Origin: an uncultured Corynebacterium sp.
GTDB taxonomy: Bacteria > Actinomycetota > Actinomycetes > Mycobacteriales > Mycobacteriaceae
DNA: 64,000 nt
Assembly (NCBI RefSeq): GCF_946221105.1
Contig: NZ_CAMICL010000002.1
Span: 14,541-78,540, forward strand
Direction of reading: 5' to 3'
Under the pieces are notes generated by a model. The model saw nothing but the letters and a program-made list of their open reading frames with translations, did not search any database and was not told the origin of the DNA. Each line of letters opens with the position of its first letter. Position 1 is the stretch's first letter. The translations under genes and the position numbers were made by a program. Positions 36,723 to 47,405 of this stretch are shown one piece after another.

Positions 36723-37481
36723 CTACACGGCGGTGTATCCGCCGTCGGCGAGGTGGTAGGAGCCGTTGACGAACGACGCGTCGTCGGAAAGCAAGAAGCT
36801 CACCACCGCCGCGATCTCCTCGGGCTCGCCCAGGCGGCCAGCAGGATGCTTATCGACGAGCGCCTGGCGGGCCTCGCCCTGCGCCCGCTGAATCAGCGGC
36901 GTGTCAATGTACGCCGGACCCACGCAGTTGACCCGGATGCCGGTGGCGGCGTAATCCGCGGCCAGAGACTTGGTCAGCCCCACCACGCCGTGTTTCGCGG
37001 CGGTGTATGCCTCGATGCCGCCGGCGCGGCCCACGGAGCCGTGGATGGAGGACATGTTCACAATCGCGCATTGTTCCGTGTTGCCCTGCTCGAGGAACTG
37101 CTTGAGCTGGTAGTGGCAGCCGTAGGCCACGCCGGACAGGTTGATGGCGATGACCTTGTCCCAGTCGGCCAGGTCCTTGTCCGCAAGCGGGGTGTGGTCG
37201 CCCACGCCAGCGTTGTTCACTGCGAGGTGGAGCGCGCCGAACGTGTCCACGGCGAACTGCACGGCCGCCTCGTTGTCCTCCTTGCTGGCCACGTCCTGGC
37301 GGAACGCGGCCGCGGCACCACCGTCCGCCTCGATCGCGGCGGCGACGTCCTTGGCGGCGTCGTCGTTGATGTCGGCGACCACCACCTTGGCGCCCTCGCT
37401 GGCGAGACGCTTCGCGATGGCCTCACCGATGCCGGAGGCGCCGCCGGTGACCAGCGCAACTTTGTTTTCAAACTTGCTCAT
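36723..37481 (-). CDS. SDR-family short-chain dehydrogenase/reductase.
   Basis: TGGASGIG Rossmann motif, NNAG, and the catalytic S...YxxxK. Confidence 0.88.
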   Translation of the reverse strand: MSKFENKVALVTGGASGIGEAIAKRLASEGAKVVVADINDDAAKDVAAAIEADGGAAAAFRQDVASKEDNEAAVQFAVDTFGALHLAVNNAGVGDHTPLADKDLADWDKVIAINLSGVAYGCHYQLKQFLEQGNTEQCAIVNMSSIHGSVGRAGGIEAYTAAKHGVVGLTKSLAADYAATGIRVNCVGPAYIDTPLIQRAQGEARQALVDKHPAGRLGEPEEIAAVVSFLLSDDASFVNGSYHLADGGYTAV

Positions 37482-37564
37482 GACTGCTCCTTGACCTTCC
37501 GTGGGGATGCGGTGCAGCCAAAGTGTAAGCAGCCGCCGACCCTCCTGGGGCCGGTTTTGGGCAG

Positions 37565-37921
37565 CTACTTCTTCGCCGCGCCGAGCGCAGCCTTGATCAG
37601 CGGGATCTGCAGCGGCAGTCGCCCGATGGAGATGATCTGCTTCTGCCAGGGCTCGTTGCGCCACTGCCACGCCATCTGGAAGTTCGCCGGCCACACCGCC
37701 GCCAACAGCGCCGCGGCGAAATTGCCGCCGGCCGCGCGGGTTTTGGGATTCGCCAGTAGGGCAGCGGCGGCGAGCTCGGCCACGCCGGAGACGTACGTGT
37801 AGGTGCGTGCGGAGCCGGGGAGGGCGTCGGGCACGATGCCGTCGAAAGGCTGCGGCTTTGCAAAATGCAGCACGCCCGCGCCGGCGAACAAGGGGATGAG
37901 GAACTTCTGCAACGGTGTCAT
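37565..37921 (-). CDS. DoxX-family membrane protein (118 aa).
   Basis: Three to four TM helices and DoxX-like size and sequence. ATG at 37921. Confidence 0.6.
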   Translation of the reverse strand: MTPLQKFLIPLFAGAGVLHFAKPQPFDGIVPDALPGSARTYTYVSGVAELAAAALLANPKTRAAGGNFAAALLAAVWPANFQMAWQWRNEPWQKQIISIGRLPLQIPLIKAALGAAKK

Positions 37922-37947
37922 TGGTCTGAGCCTACGCCTGGGCTGCG

Positions 37948-38814
37948 TTACAGCGCGCGGGCGACTTGGTCGGCCACGAAGGCGGACCCGGCGCGGGAGG
38001 GGTGGAAGACCATGTTGTATCCCGCCGTAGTGGTGTCGATGAGGCCCGCGACCCAGCGGTCGGCGTCGCGCGCGCAGGTGCTGTGACCGGTGGACTGTGC
38101 GTTGATGTCCAAAAACGCAGCGCCGACTTGGAGCGCGGCTTCGCGCTGATTGTCGCGGTGGTGCTGCTCCCAGCCGTGCACCGTCGGAGTGGGCACGCCG
38201 AGCGGGAGGTTGGGTACCACGTTGAAGGCGCAAATCGCGCCGTTTGCTCCGGCCACCGAAAGCATGCCGGGGATGATGATCTTCGCGTTCGGCGCCGCGG
38301 CGCGGACTTTCACCGCGGCGGCGCGCATGTTGGCCAAGTACTGCTCGCGGGTGCGCGCGGCGTCGTAGGTGGTGCCGGGCTTGTCCAGTAGCGGGCGCCA
38401 GTGATCGTTGAAGCCGGCGCCCAACGTCACAGCCCGGGTGCCTGCGTTCAGCGCGCCGGTGTGCACAGCGTGGTCGATGCGGCCAAGCATTTGCTCAGAG
38501 GTGATGCCGGCGCACGACCAGTCCGCAACCGCGGCGCCGGTGCGTGCACCGAGCTGGCTCGGCCAGTTGTCCGGGCCGTGGAGGCATCCGGATTCGCTCG
38601 GGTTGTTGCGGAGCACGCGTTCGGAGGAAGTGGAAGACAGGCTCGATCCATCGGTGAACCGCAGCACGGTGTTGAGGTACTGGTCCGGGTTAGCGGCGAA
38701 CGAGTCGCCGAAGACCACCACGTTGCCCGCGGGCTGCGCGGTAGCGGGGGAGGCGGACGTGGCTGCAAGCAGCGCGACGAGGAATATGACGGTACGGCGG
38801 ATCAGTTGGCTCAC
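37948..38814 (-). CDS. Secreted SGNH/GDSL hydrolase (lipase/acylhydrolase).
   Basis: Signal peptide then VVFGDSFAAN (GDS block). GTG start. Confidence 0.8.
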   Translation of the reverse strand: MSQLIRRTVIFLVALLAATSASPATAQPAGNVVVFGDSFAANPDQYLNTVLRFTDGSSLSSTSSERVLRNNPSESGCLHGPDNWPSQLGARTGAAVADWSCAGITSEQMLGRIDHAVHTGALNAGTRAVTLGAGFNDHWRPLLDKPGTTYDAARTREQYLANMRAAAVKVRAAAPNAKIIIPGMLSVAGANGAICAFNVVPNLPLGVPTPTVHGWEQHHRDNQREAALQVGAAFLDINAQSTGHSTCARDADRWVAGLIDTTTAGYNMVFHPSRAGSAFVADQVARAL

Positions 38815-38824
38815 GCGGCCGATC

Positions 38825-40195
38825 CTATACGCCGCCTTTGATGCCGTTGTACGCCTCGAGTGCGACTTTGCGCGACGCCTTCACGTCCACCATCGGCTCC
38901 GGGTAGCCGGGCAGCAACGCCTCCGGCGTCCAGCGCCCGACGTACTTGCCGGAGGGGTCGAACTTCTCCTGCTGGGTCAGCGGGTTGAAGATGCGGAAGT
39001 ACGGTGCGGCGTCGTCGCCCGAGCCTGCCACCCACTGCCAGTTGAACGGGTTGGAGGCGGCGTCGGCGTCAACGAGCGTGTCCCAGAACCACTCCTCGCC
39101 GTGGCGCCAGTGGATGCCCAGGTTCTTGGTCAGCCAGGAGCCGGCCACCATGCGCACCCGGTTGTGCATGCGGCCGGTTTCCCACAGCTCGCGCATGCCG
39201 GCGTCCACCAGCGGCACGCCGGTCTCGCCGCGCTGCCACTGCGCCAGCTGGCCCAAGTGCTGGGCGGCGTCGGCGTCCGGCTCCATCGCCGGATCCGCGA
39301 AGGCTTGCGCGAAATCCCAGGGTGCCGCGTGCGAGCTCCACGCCCACTCGAACCGGTCGAACTGGCTGTGCACGTTGCGCACCGCCAGGTCCGGCAGGTG
39401 GTATAGGCGGTGCCAGGCGAACTCGCGCCACACCAGCTGGCGCAAAAACGCCCACGCGTGGGGCGCGGCGGCCGGGTGCGTCTCCGCAAACGCCGCCGTT
39501 TCGGCCCACACGTAGCCCGGCGAGAGCTCCCCGAAGCGCAGGTGCGCGCTCAGGCCCGAGGTCGCGCCGGGGCTCAAGTCGTTGTTGTCGTAGCCGCGCC
39601 CGTCCGCAAGCCCGTCCAAGAATTCGTGGAAGCGCGAGAGCGCGGCGTCCTCGCCGGGTATGTTGTGCTCGACTAACCCCTCGGTCCACGACGGCGCCTC
39701 CGGAACCTCCAGCCGCGCGCCGCCCGGCAACGCCGGCGCGGAAACGGGCTGCGGCGGGTGCGCGATCAAATGCTGCTGCATGGCCTTGTAAAACGGCGTG
39801 AACACCCGGTACGGGGTGCCGGCGCCGGTGTTGATCTCCCAGGGTTCCGCGAGCAGGAACCCGGGGAACGTGCGCGCGCCCACCGCACGCTTGACCTCGG
39901 CGTCCACATCGACCGCGTCGTACCGGCGGTTCCACGCCACCTCCGCGCCGAGCTCTTTGGCCAGGCGCGGGATGATCTCGCGGGGATCGCCCTGCTCGCG
40001 GATTATCGGGAGCTTCGTGCTTAGCGACGCCACACTGTGGTCGCGCCACCACGCGGCGGCGCGGCCCAGGGGGCGGGGGCCGGAGGTGTCGTCGATAAGC
40101 ACACCTGCGACCTCTCCGCGCGACACCGCCCACGACAAGGCGGGGTTGTCCGTGACGCGAAGGTCGTCGCGGAACCAAACAAGGGTGGTGGGCAC
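38825..40195 (-). CDS. phr: Deoxyribodipyrimidine photolyase (cryptochrome/photolyase family).
   Basis: [17 protein letters not shown]-terminus and the FAD-binding C-terminal domain (WRE..W..L). GTG start with a GGAGG RBS. Confidence 0.9.
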   Translation of the reverse strand: MPTTLVWFRDDLRVTDNPALSWAVSRGEVAGVLIDDTSGPRPLGRAAAWWRDHSVASLSTKLPIIREQGDPREIIPRLAKELGAEVAWNRRYDAVDVDAEVKRAVGARTFPGFLLAEPWEINTGAGTPYRVFTPFYKAMQQHLIAHPPQPVSAPALPGGARLEVPEAPSWTEGLVEHNIPGEDAALSRFHEFLDGLADGRGYDNNDLSPGATSGLSAHLRFGELSPGYVWAETAAFAETHPAAAPHAWAFLRQLVWREFAWHRLYHLPDLAVRNVHSQFDRFEWAWSSHAAPWDFAQAFADPAMEPDADAAQHLGQLAQWQRGETGVPLVDAGMRELWETGRMHNRVRMVAGSWLTKNLGIHWRHGEEWFWDTLVDADAASNPFNWQWVAGSGDDAAPYFRIFNPLTQQEKFDPSGKYVGRWTPEALLPGYPEPMVDVKASRKVALEAYNGIKGGV

Positions 40196-40224
40196 GTGCG
40201 CCTCCGTTCAGTAGAGTCAAGGCC

Positions 40225-40689
40225 ATGACTGATCGTATGAATGTGGAATCTTTCAACCTCGACCACACCAAGGTAGCCGCCCCGTTCATCCGGCTCGCGG
40301 ACCGCAAGGAGCTGCCCCAAGGCGACACGCTGGTGAAGTGGGACATCCGCTTCAAGCAGCCCAACGTCGAGCACCTGGAGATGCCGGCGGTGCACTCGCT
40401 GGAGCACATGTTCGCCGAGCACGCCCGCAACCACGCGGACAACGTCATCGACTTCGGCCCGATGGGCTGCCAGACCGGCTTCTACCTCATGCTTTCCGGC
40501 GACGTCGCCGAGGCCGAGGTGGCCGATCTGGTGGAAAAGACGCTCACCGACATCACCAACGCTTCCGAGGTGCCGGCCGCCAACGAGAAGCAGTGCGGCT
40601 GGGGCGCAAGCCACGACCTGGAGGCAGCCAAGCGCGAAGCGCAGGCGTTTTTGGACAAGCGCGACGAGTGGGGCACCGTCTTTAAGTAG
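40225..40689 (+). CDS. luxS: S-ribosylhomocysteine lyase.
   Basis: HSLEH metal-binding motif and GCQTG. Full-length LuxS size of 154 aa. Confidence 0.92.
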   Translation: MTDRMNVESFNLDHTKVAAPFIRLADRKELPQGDTLVKWDIRFKQPNVEHLEMPAVHSLEHMFAEHARNHADNVIDFGPMGCQTGFYLMLSGDVAEAEVADLVEKTLTDITNASEVPAANEKQCGWGASHDLEAAKREAQAFLDKRDEWGTVFK

Positions 40690-40696
40690 TCGGGCT

Positions 40697-41635
40697 TTAA
40701 GTAGTCGGGTCCACCACCCGGATTTCCAGCGGCGCGGTGCGCAGGCGGTAGATGCCTGGCACCGCGTCGAACGTTGCGAGCAGTTCATGGGCGAGCGCCG
40801 GGGTGGCGGCGACGATGATGTGGCTCTCCGCGAGCTCAGTCGTCGGCTCATGCGGGTTGAGTAGCAGCCACGTTTCGCCGTTGAGCAGCGCGAACGCTCT
40901 TTCGTGCAGCAGTCGGTGGCGCGCGGCGCGGATCAACGCGCGCGCAGCCTCCGGATCCAGGTCCACGCGACCTGCGGCGTCGACCTCGAGGTAGCGGGCG
41001 TGCATCGCGCCTATCGACGACCCTTCGGCCGCCACCGTTTCCTCCAACAATGCCCGGTCCTGCATGTTCGCGCTGATTGGTTTGCGGTCCGTGGACGTAA
41101 GCCCCAGCGGCACGCGGTCGCCGACAAAGGCCGCGAATTTCAGCGGGTCCCAGGACAGCATCTGCTCCACGTCGTCGCCGTTGATGCCGACCGCGTAGGT
41201 GAAACGGACCAGGCCAGTGGGCCCGTCCAGCACACCGAGGATGGGGTCGGTGACAAACACGAAGCCGGTGAGCGTGCCGCGCGGGTTGTCCAGCACCAGG
41301 TAGTGCCCCGGCTCGATGTCGTCGCGGGCGGCGCGGGCGAGCAGGCGGGCCGGCCACTCGTCGGGAAGCGCAGGCGTGCCAGGCACGCGCAACGTGAGCT
41401 CGGTCTGGGTGCCCGCGGACGGCTGGGAGGACTCCACACGGGACTTGCCGTAGGTGCAGTACAGCACGTGGGGGACAGGCTCGGCTAGCACGTACGCGTG
41501 GACCTCCAGGTGGCGGTAGGAAAACACGTACGCGTCCGCGCCGCCGGCGGCCTGAACGATGTGGCCGCGCACCACCTCACCGCCCGTTTTCGGGCCGCGG
41601 CGGGCGTTGTCGAGCATTCCCATGCAGCCCACCAT
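40697..41635 (-). CDS. Conserved hypothetical protein (about 310 aa).
   Basis: ORF with typical codon bias. Alternative ATGs at 41635, 41623 and 41617. Confidence 0.5.
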   Translation of the reverse strand: MVGCMGMLDNARRGPKTGGEVVRGHIVQAAGGADAYVFSYRHLEVHAYVLAEPVPHVLYCTYGKSRVESSQPSAGTQTELTLRVPGTPALPDEWPARLLARAARDDIEPGHYLVLDNPRGTLTGFVFVTDPILGVLDGPTGLVRFTYAVGINGDDVEQMLSWDPLKFAAFVGDRVPLGLTSTDRKPISANMQDRALLEETVAAEGSSIGAMHARYLEVDAAGRVDLDPEAARALIRAARHRLLHERAFALLNGETWLLLNPHEPTTELAESHIIVAATPALAHELLATFDAVPGIYRLRTAPLEIRVVDPTT

Positions 41636-41756
41636 ATCCCCGCCGGGACGAGGCGAGCGTTCAGCTGGCAGCACGCTCGCGGGAACCTTTTTGGTAAGAG
41701 TGGCGTTATACCCGGTGAACTCTCGGACAAAACCCAATGGAAAGGAACTGTGCGAC

Positions 41757-42563
41757 GTGAGAAGCACTAACCCCGTTCTGCGCAACATTCCGGGGGCGGA
41801 TGCGGACAACGGCTACCAGGCCGGCCAGACCGCGACGCTTCCGGGGCACGCGCCCGAAATTGATCAGCAACGCCCGATGACGGTGGACGATGTGGTGACC
41901 AAGACGGGCATCACCCTCGCCGTGATCATCGCGTTCGCCGCAGCGAACTTCGGCATCTTCCTCACCGGCAACGTTCAGCTCGGCTTCATCCTGACCGTCG
42001 TCGGCGCCATCGGCGGCTTCGTCACCACCCTGGTCAACGCATTCCGCCGCGAGTTCGGCTCAAGGACGCTGACGTTGATCTACGCAGCATTCGAGGGCCT
42101 GTTCCTCGGCGGCTTCTCCCTGACTGTCTCCGGCTGGTTTACAGTCGGCGGCGCCGATGCTGGCCAACTGATCTTCCAGGCCATCCTGGGCACGATCGGT
42201 GTGTTCATCGGCATGCTCGTGGTCTACCGCCGCGGCGCGATCCGCGTGACCCCGCGCTTTAACCGCATCCTCACCGGCCTGATCTTCGGCGTAGCAATCA
42301 TGGCGCTGGGCAACTTCCTGCTGGCCATCTTCGCCGGCATCTCCCCGCTTCGCGACGGCGGCACGCTGTCTATCATCTTCGGTGTGGTCTGCGTGGTACT
42401 GGCGGCCCTGTCCTTCCTGCAGGACTTCGACCTGGCTGACAAGCTGGTCCGCACCGGTGCGCCGGAGCGCGCCGCCTGGGGCGTCGCCCTGGGCCTCGCC
42501 GTGACTCTGGTGTGGCTCTACACCGAGATCCTGCGCCTGCTGTCCTACTTCAACGACCGCTAG
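41757..42563 (+). CDS. Bax inhibitor-1/YccA-family membrane protein.
   Basis: Seven-TM BI-1 architecture. GTG at 41757 with an AAAGGAA RBS. Confidence 0.7.
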   Translation: MRSTNPVLRNIPGADADNGYQAGQTATLPGHAPEIDQQRPMTVDDVVTKTGITLAVIIAFAAANFGIFLTGNVQLGFILTVVGAIGGFVTTLVNAFRREFGSRTLTLIYAAFEGLFLGGFSLTVSGWFTVGGADAGQLIFQAILGTIGVFIGMLVVYRRGAIRVTPRFNRILTGLIFGVAIMALGNFLLAIFAGISPLRDGGTLSIIFGVVCVVLAALSFLQDFDLADKLVRTGAPERAAWGVALGLAVTLVWLYTEILRLLSYFNDR

Positions 42564-42589
42564 GCCTCCGCGGAAACAGCGGCAAACGC

Positions 42590-42631
42590 AAAGCGCCTCG
42601 CCTCCGGATCATCTCCGGGGCGAGGCGCTTT
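42590..42631. terminator. Bidirectional hairpin terminator between convergent genes (13-bp perfect stem AAAGCGCCTCGCC/GGCGAGGCGCTTT).
   Basis: Direct reading. A/T runs flank both sides. Confidence 0.65.
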
Positions 42632-42645
42632 GTCGTGCGCGCGGC

Positions 42646-43173
42646 TTAGTAGTTGTTGTCCGGCACGACCGACTGACCGTCGACGGACACGGTGGTGAAC
42701 ACCGGCTTGCCGTCAACAATCTCCGGGTTGCCCAGCACAACCTTCACACCCTCTTCGCGGTTGTCCGGGGAGACAACGACGCGGGTTGCGGTGCCCTCGG
42801 CGATGTCCTCGCCCCACTGATCCCAGACGATGTTCTCCAGGAAGTCGTCCTGGTTGGCGCAGTCCACGGTCAGGCGGTCCGGGCGCACCAGGTCGGTGGC
42901 GCCGCAGTTATTGAACACCGGTGCGGCGTCGACGGCGGCCTCGGAAGTCTCCTGCTCCTGCGCGGCGTTCGCCTCGGTGACGTTGGTCGCCGTCGCGGTG
43001 CCGGTGGCGGTGGTCGCGGTGCCGGCGCCCTTCAAGGAGTTCGGGTCCTGGGTGGTGGCGGTGTCGACCTTCTCGGAGGAGGGGTTCTGGTGCGGCGGGG
43101 TGCAGCCTGCAAGAGCGATGGCGGCCAGGGCGGCGACGCCGGCTACTGCTTTGCGGGAAGAGGTGGCAATCAC
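42646..43173 (-). CDS. Lipoprotein (LAGC lipobox). Thr/Ala-rich linker and a two-Cys C-terminal domain.
   Basis: Signal peptide with lipobox. GTG start with a GAAGGA RBS. Confidence 0.6.
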   Translation of the reverse strand: MIATSSRKAVAGVAALAAIALAGCTPPHQNPSSEKVDTATTQDPNSLKGAGTATTATGTATATNVTEANAAQEQETSEAAVDAAPVFNNCGATDLVRPDRLTVDCANQDDFLENIVWDQWGEDIAEGTATRVVVSPDNREEGVKVVLGNPEIVDGKPVFTTVSVDGQSVVPDNNY

Positions 43174-43212
43174 AGGAATGGTCCTTCTGTTTGGAAAAGA
43201 GAAAAGTACTGG

Positions 43213-43734
43213 CTACTTCGCGCGGGGCGTGGAGGCCTTGACTGAATCATACGGCTCGGCGGAAACGACGGTGACGGAAATCTCGCGGCCGTTCGGGGCG
43301 GTGTACTTGCGGGTTTCGCCCTCGGAAGCACCGACGACGGCTGCGCCGAGCGGGGACTGCTCCGAGTAGGTCTCCAGATCCGCGTTGTCCGTGGACGCCG
43401 CGCGGGTGCCGATGAGGAAGGTCTCGCGGTCGTCCTCGTCGCCGTCGTAGTAGACGTGCACGACGGAACCGACGTGGGCGACACCTTCTTCGATGCCGGC
43501 ACGCTCAGTGGTGGAGTTGGACAGGATCTCGGAGATCTGCTTGATGCGCGCCTCCTCCTGGTCCTGCTGCTCGCGGGCGGCGTCGTAGCCGGCGTTCTCC
43601 TTGAGGTCGCCCTCCTCGCGGCGCTCGTTGATCTCGGCCGCGATCGCGGGGCGGTTATCAATGAGCTGCTGCAGCTCGGCCTCGAGCTTGGCCTTCATTT
43701 CAGGAGTGATGTACTGCTGCTGGGATTCAGCCAT
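43213..43734 (-). CDS. greA: Transcription elongation factor GreA.
   Basis: Coiled-coil N-terminal domain and FKBP-like C-terminal domain. Confidence 0.92.
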   Translation of the reverse strand: MAESQQQYITPEMKAKLEAELQQLIDNRPAIAAEINERREEGDLKENAGYDAAREQQDQEEARIKQISEILSNSTTERAGIEEGVAHVGSVVHVYYDGDEDDRETFLIGTRAASTDNADLETYSEQSPLGAAVVGASEGETRKYTAPNGREISVTVVSAEPYDSVKASTPRAK

Positions 43735-43840
43735 AGGGGTCTAAACCTTCCCTGATACGTGAAATCGGCCCGCCGCTCGCGGGCCAATGTGTGCAGATAT
43801 ACAGCCGGAAGATTACCACACGCGAATGCGGCAGTTTCCG

Positions 43841-44299
43841 CTAGCGTGCTGCGTAGAAGCTGCTCTCCGGGTCCATATAGAAGGGGAGATTCTCGGAGCA
43901 GCCGTAGATGCGCCCAGACACCAGCGGCTCGCGCACCGGCAGGTCCACAGCGATGCGGGAGTGCTCCTCGCCGCCGGCGGGCAGGACCACCTCGCGGCGG
44001 CCCACCTCCGCGTGCGAGTAGTCCACCGCCGTGACGATGCAGTACGCGGGCGTGTCCGGGTTTTTACGGTTCACGTCGATCCAGAGCCGGCCCGTTTCGT
44101 CGTCGATATGCTCCTGCGAAATGAATTCGGCGCGGACCGGTTCGTTGAAGCGCTCCATGATCGTGCGGGCGCCGACGAAGAGCAAAGCGATCATGAGCAG
44201 CGCGGCGACAACCGCCACCACCTTGCCGCCGATGGAGCCGCCGGAGCCGCGGTTGCGGCCGTATCGCTCGGCGGGGCGGGGAGAGGTAGCGGTGCTCAC
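43841..44299 (-). CDS. DUF4307-type membrane-anchored protein (Rv1081c-like, conserved upstream of greA).
   Basis: Single TM anchor and a position syntenic with mycobacteria. Confidence 0.6.
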   Translation of the reverse strand: MSTATSPRPAERYGRNRGSGGSIGGKVVAVVAALLMIALLFVGARTIMERFNEPVRAEFISQEHIDDETGRLWIDVNRKNPDTPAYCIVTAVDYSHAEVGRREVVLPAGGEEHSRIAVDLPVREPLVSGRIYGCSENLPFYMDPESSFYAAR

Positions 44300-44349
44300 G
44301 GAAACGGCTCCTTGCAGGTGGTAAGGACTTTAGCGTTGATGGTACTAAG

Positions 44350-45270
44350 ATGGCGCGGAGGTACAGAACTGACCCCTACGAAAGTTGGATTGATCGAGTG
44401 ACCGGGTTGCGTCTCATGGCAATTCACGCCCACCCCGACGACGAGTCCTCCAAGGGCGCGGCCACCATGGCTAAGTACGCCGCGGAAGGCAACCGCGTTC
44501 AGGTCGTCACTTGCACTGACGGCAGGCGCGGCGACATTCTCAATCCGGCTATGGACCGCCCCGGCGTCCTAGACAACATCCTCGACGTGCGCCGCGAGGA
44601 AATGGCGCGCGCCGCGGCGGCGCTCGGCGTCGAGCACGTCTGGCTGGGCTACGAGGACTCCGGGCTGCCGGAGGGCGACCCGCTGCCGCCGCTGCCGGAA
44701 GGCTCGTTCGCGGTGCAGGACCCGGAAGAAGTCGCGGTGAAGATTGTGGAGCAGATCCGCGAGTTCCGCCCGCACGTGATCATCACTTACGACGAAAACG
44801 GCGGCTACCCGCACCCGGACCACCTGATGGTGCACGCGATCTCCATGATCGCCTGGGAGCGCGCCGGCGACCCGGAGTTTGCGCCTGGCACCGGCGAGCC
44901 GTGGACGCCGCTGAAGCTGTACTACTCGCACGGATTCATCCTGCAGCGCATGAAGCTGCTGCAGGAGCGCCTGATCCAGCGCGGAAAGAAGAGCCCGTAC
45001 GAGCTGATGATCAAGCGTTGGGAGGAAAACGAGGGCGACGTCTTCGGTCGCGTGACCACTCAGGTGGAGTGCGCCGGCTACTTCCAGCAGCGCGCCGAGG
45101 CGCTCACGGCCCACGCCACGCAGATCGACCCCGCCGGCGCCTTCCTAGCCAGCCCGGTGGAGGACCAGCAGGACGTTTGGCCCACCGAAGAGTTCGAGCT
45201 GGCCGCGTCCAGGGTGGAGACCACTCTGCCGGAAACCGACCTGTTCGCAGGCATCGAGGAGGAAAACTAA
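44350..45270 (+). CDS. mca: Mycothiol S-conjugate amidase (LmbE-like, MshB/Mca family).
   Basis: AIHAHPDDE zinc-binding motif. Adjacent to greA as Rv1082 is. The start could be the GTG at 44398. Confidence 0.85.
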   Translation: MARRYRTDPYESWIDRVTGLRLMAIHAHPDDESSKGAATMAKYAAEGNRVQVVTCTDGRRGDILNPAMDRPGVLDNILDVRREEMARAAAALGVEHVWLGYEDSGLPEGDPLPPLPEGSFAVQDPEEVAVKIVEQIREFRPHVIITYDENGGYPHPDHLMVHAISMIAWERAGDPEFAPGTGEPWTPLKLYYSHGFILQRMKLLQERLIQRGKKSPYELMIKRWEENEGDVFGRVTTQVECAGYFQQRAEALTAHATQIDPAGAFLASPVEDQQDVWPTEEFELAASRVETTLPETDLFAGIEEEN

Positions 45271-45570
45271 ATGACAACGTTCACCATCGCCGCCGCCAAC
45301 GCCGCGAACTTCGTGCTCGCTCAGAACCCGGGCGAGACCCCGGTCGGCCCGGACTTCGGCAAAGCCTCGCCGATCGGCCTGCTGCTGCTGGTGGTTCTGG
45401 CCATTGTGGTGCTGTTCATCGGCTGGTCGTTCCACCGCCGCTTCTCCCGCTTCAAGCGCCGCCAGGCGTTCGCGGAGGCGCGCGGGATCGACCCGTTCGA
45501 CGAGAAAGCGATCGACGAGGCCATGGAGAAGGCCGGGGTCAAGGACCAGCGGAAGAAAAACGCGTTCTAG
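45271..45570 (+). CDS. Small membrane protein (Rv1083-like), 99 aa.
   Basis: One TM helix. Its ATG directly abuts the mca stop. Confidence 0.6.
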   Translation: MTTFTIAAANAANFVLAQNPGETPVGPDFGKASPIGLLLLVVLAIVVLFIGWSFHRRFSRFKRRQAFAEARGIDPFDEKAIDEAMEKAGVKDQRKKNAF

Positions 45571-45588
45571 CTGGCTAGAATTTATCCC

Positions 45589-46368
45589 GTGTCTGTCCTT
45601 TCGAAGCTGCGATACCCGCTGTACCCGCTGTATGAGGCGCGCTTAAAGCGCGAGCTGCGCGGCAAAAAGCGCCCGAAGCACATTGCCGTGATGGCCGACG
45701 GCAACCGTCGTTGGGCGCGCGAGGCGGGCTTCGAGGACATTTCCCACGGCCACCGCGTCGGTGGCGCGAAGATCGGCGAGCTCGTGCGCTGGTCTGCGGA
45801 GATGGACGTGGATGTGCTCACCATTTACCTGTTGTCCACGGAGAATCTGCAGCGCACCACCGAAGAGGTGGAGCTGCTCTTCGACATCATCTCCGGGGTC
45901 ATCGAGGACCTGGCCACGGAGGATTACACCTGCCGCGTGCGGTTGGTGGGGCATTTGGATTTGCTGCCGCAGGACGTCGCTAAGCGTATGCGCGAGGGTG
46001 CGGCCGCAACCGACACGAAGCATGGCCTCACCGTGAACATCGCGGTCGGCTACGGCGGGCGCCAGGAGATCGTGGATGCGGTGCAGTCGCTTATCGACGA
46101 CAAAGCGCACGCCGGAGTGCCAGCCACGGAAATGGCCGCCGAGATCACGGTGGAGTCCATCGCGGAGCACCTGTACACCTCCGGCCAGCCGGACCCGGAC
46201 CTGGTCATCCGCACCTCCGGCGAGCAACGCCTGTCCGGGTTTTTGCTGTGGCAGGCGGCGTACTCGGAGATCTGGTTCACCGATATTTACTGGCCGGCGT
46301 TCCGCAAGATCGACTTCTTGCGCGCGCTGCGCGACTACTCGCAGCGCTCCCGCCGCTTTGGCAAGTAG
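45589..46368 (+). CDS. uppS: Cis-prenyltransferase / (2Z,6E)-farnesyl diphosphate synthase (UPP synthase family, Rv1086-like).
   Basis: HIAVMADGNRRWA motif and the C-terminal RxG motif. Confidence 0.88.
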   Translation: MSVLSKLRYPLYPLYEARLKRELRGKKRPKHIAVMADGNRRWAREAGFEDISHGHRVGGAKIGELVRWSAEMDVDVLTIYLLSTENLQRTTEEVELLFDIISGVIEDLATEDYTCRVRLVGHLDLLPQDVAKRMREGAAATDTKHGLTVNIAVGYGGRQEIVDAVQSLIDDKAHAGVPATEMAAEITVESIAEHLYTSGQPDPDLVIRTSGEQRLSGFLLWQAAYSEIWFTDIYWPAFRKIDFLRALRDYSQRSRRFGK

Positions 46369-47301
46369 CTAGATCTTGCGCATGCGCACGCGCTGGACGG
46401 TGTGGTCGTAGTCCTTGCGCAGCACCAGCGAGGCGCGCACGCGGGTGGGCAGGATGTTTTCCACCAGGTTGGGCAGGTTGATGGTCTGCCACAGCTCGCG
46501 CGCGGCGTAGGTGGCTTCGGCGTCGTCCATGCCGGCGAAGTCTTCGAAGTGGTTGCCGGGCTGCTGGAACGAGGTGTCGCGCAGTTTGAGGAAGCGCTCG
46601 ATGTACCAGCGCTCGATGTCTTCGGTCTTCGCGTCGACGTAGATGGAGAAGTCGAACAGGTCGGAGACCATCAGCGTAGGGCCGGTCTGCAGCACGTTGA
46701 GCCCCTCGAGGATGAGGATGTCGGGCTGGCGGACCTCCACGAACTCGTCGGGGAGGATGTCGTAGGCCTCGTGCGAGTAGATCGGTGCCTTAACCACCGG
46801 CTGGCCGGATTTCACCTCGGTGACAAAACGCATGAGGTTTCTGCGGTTGTAGGACTCCGGGAAGCCCTTGCGTTTCATGATCCCGCGCTCTTCCAGCACC
46901 GCCTTGGGGTGGAGGAAGCCGTCGGTGGTGACCAGGTCCACCCGCGGGTGCGAGTCCCAGCGCTGCAGCAGCACCTGCAGCACGCGCGCGGTGGTGGACT
47001 TGCCCACAGCCACCGAGCCGGCCAGGCCGATGATGAACGGCACGTGCCCCGGGTCGCCGCCGATGAACGTCTCGGTGGCGTTGGTGAGCTTTTGCCGGGC
47101 GCGCACCTGCAGGTGGATCAGGCGCGACAGGGGCAGGTAGATGTCCTCGACCTCCTGCAGGTCGAGGCTCTCGCCGATGCCGGAGAGCTTTGTCAGCTCT
47201 TCCTCGGTGAGCACCTGGGGCATCTTGGCGCGGCGCTTGCGCCAATCCTCGCGGTGGAAGTCGAGGTACGGCGACGAATCGGCTCGTGACATAGCCACCA
47301 T
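46369..47301 (-). CDS. coaA: Type I pantothenate kinase.
   Basis: P-loop GSVAVGKST and CoaA-specific motifs. Confidence 0.92.
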   Translation of the reverse strand: MVAMSRADSSPYLDFHREDWRKRRAKMPQVLTEEELTKLSGIGESLDLQEVEDIYLPLSRLIHLQVRARQKLTNATETFIGGDPGHVPFIIGLAGSVAVGKSTTARVLQVLLQRWDSHPRVDLVTTDGFLHPKAVLEERGIMKRKGFPESYNRRNLMRFVTEVKSGQPVVKAPIYSHEAYDILPDEFVEVRQPDILILEGLNVLQTGPTLMVSDLFDFSIYVDAKTEDIERWYIERFLKLRDTSFQQPGNHFEDFAGMDDAEATYAARELWQTINLPNLVENILPTRVRASLVLRKDYDHTVQRVRMRKI

Positions 47302-47405
47302 TGTTGCACTCGCGCAAAAGGGGAATAAATCAGCCTTCCGGGCGTGCCGATTTTCCTATACTGCGAGGAGCCGTTATCAACGCGAAAAGAAAGGACCCGG
47401 TCGAC

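Noticed and set aside
47302-47405. Possible riboswitch or leader upstream of glyA
   Set aside because: It is only about 100 bp of divergent promoter space shared with coaA, and I could identify no conserved riboswitch core (T-box or glycine riboswitch motifs are absent).
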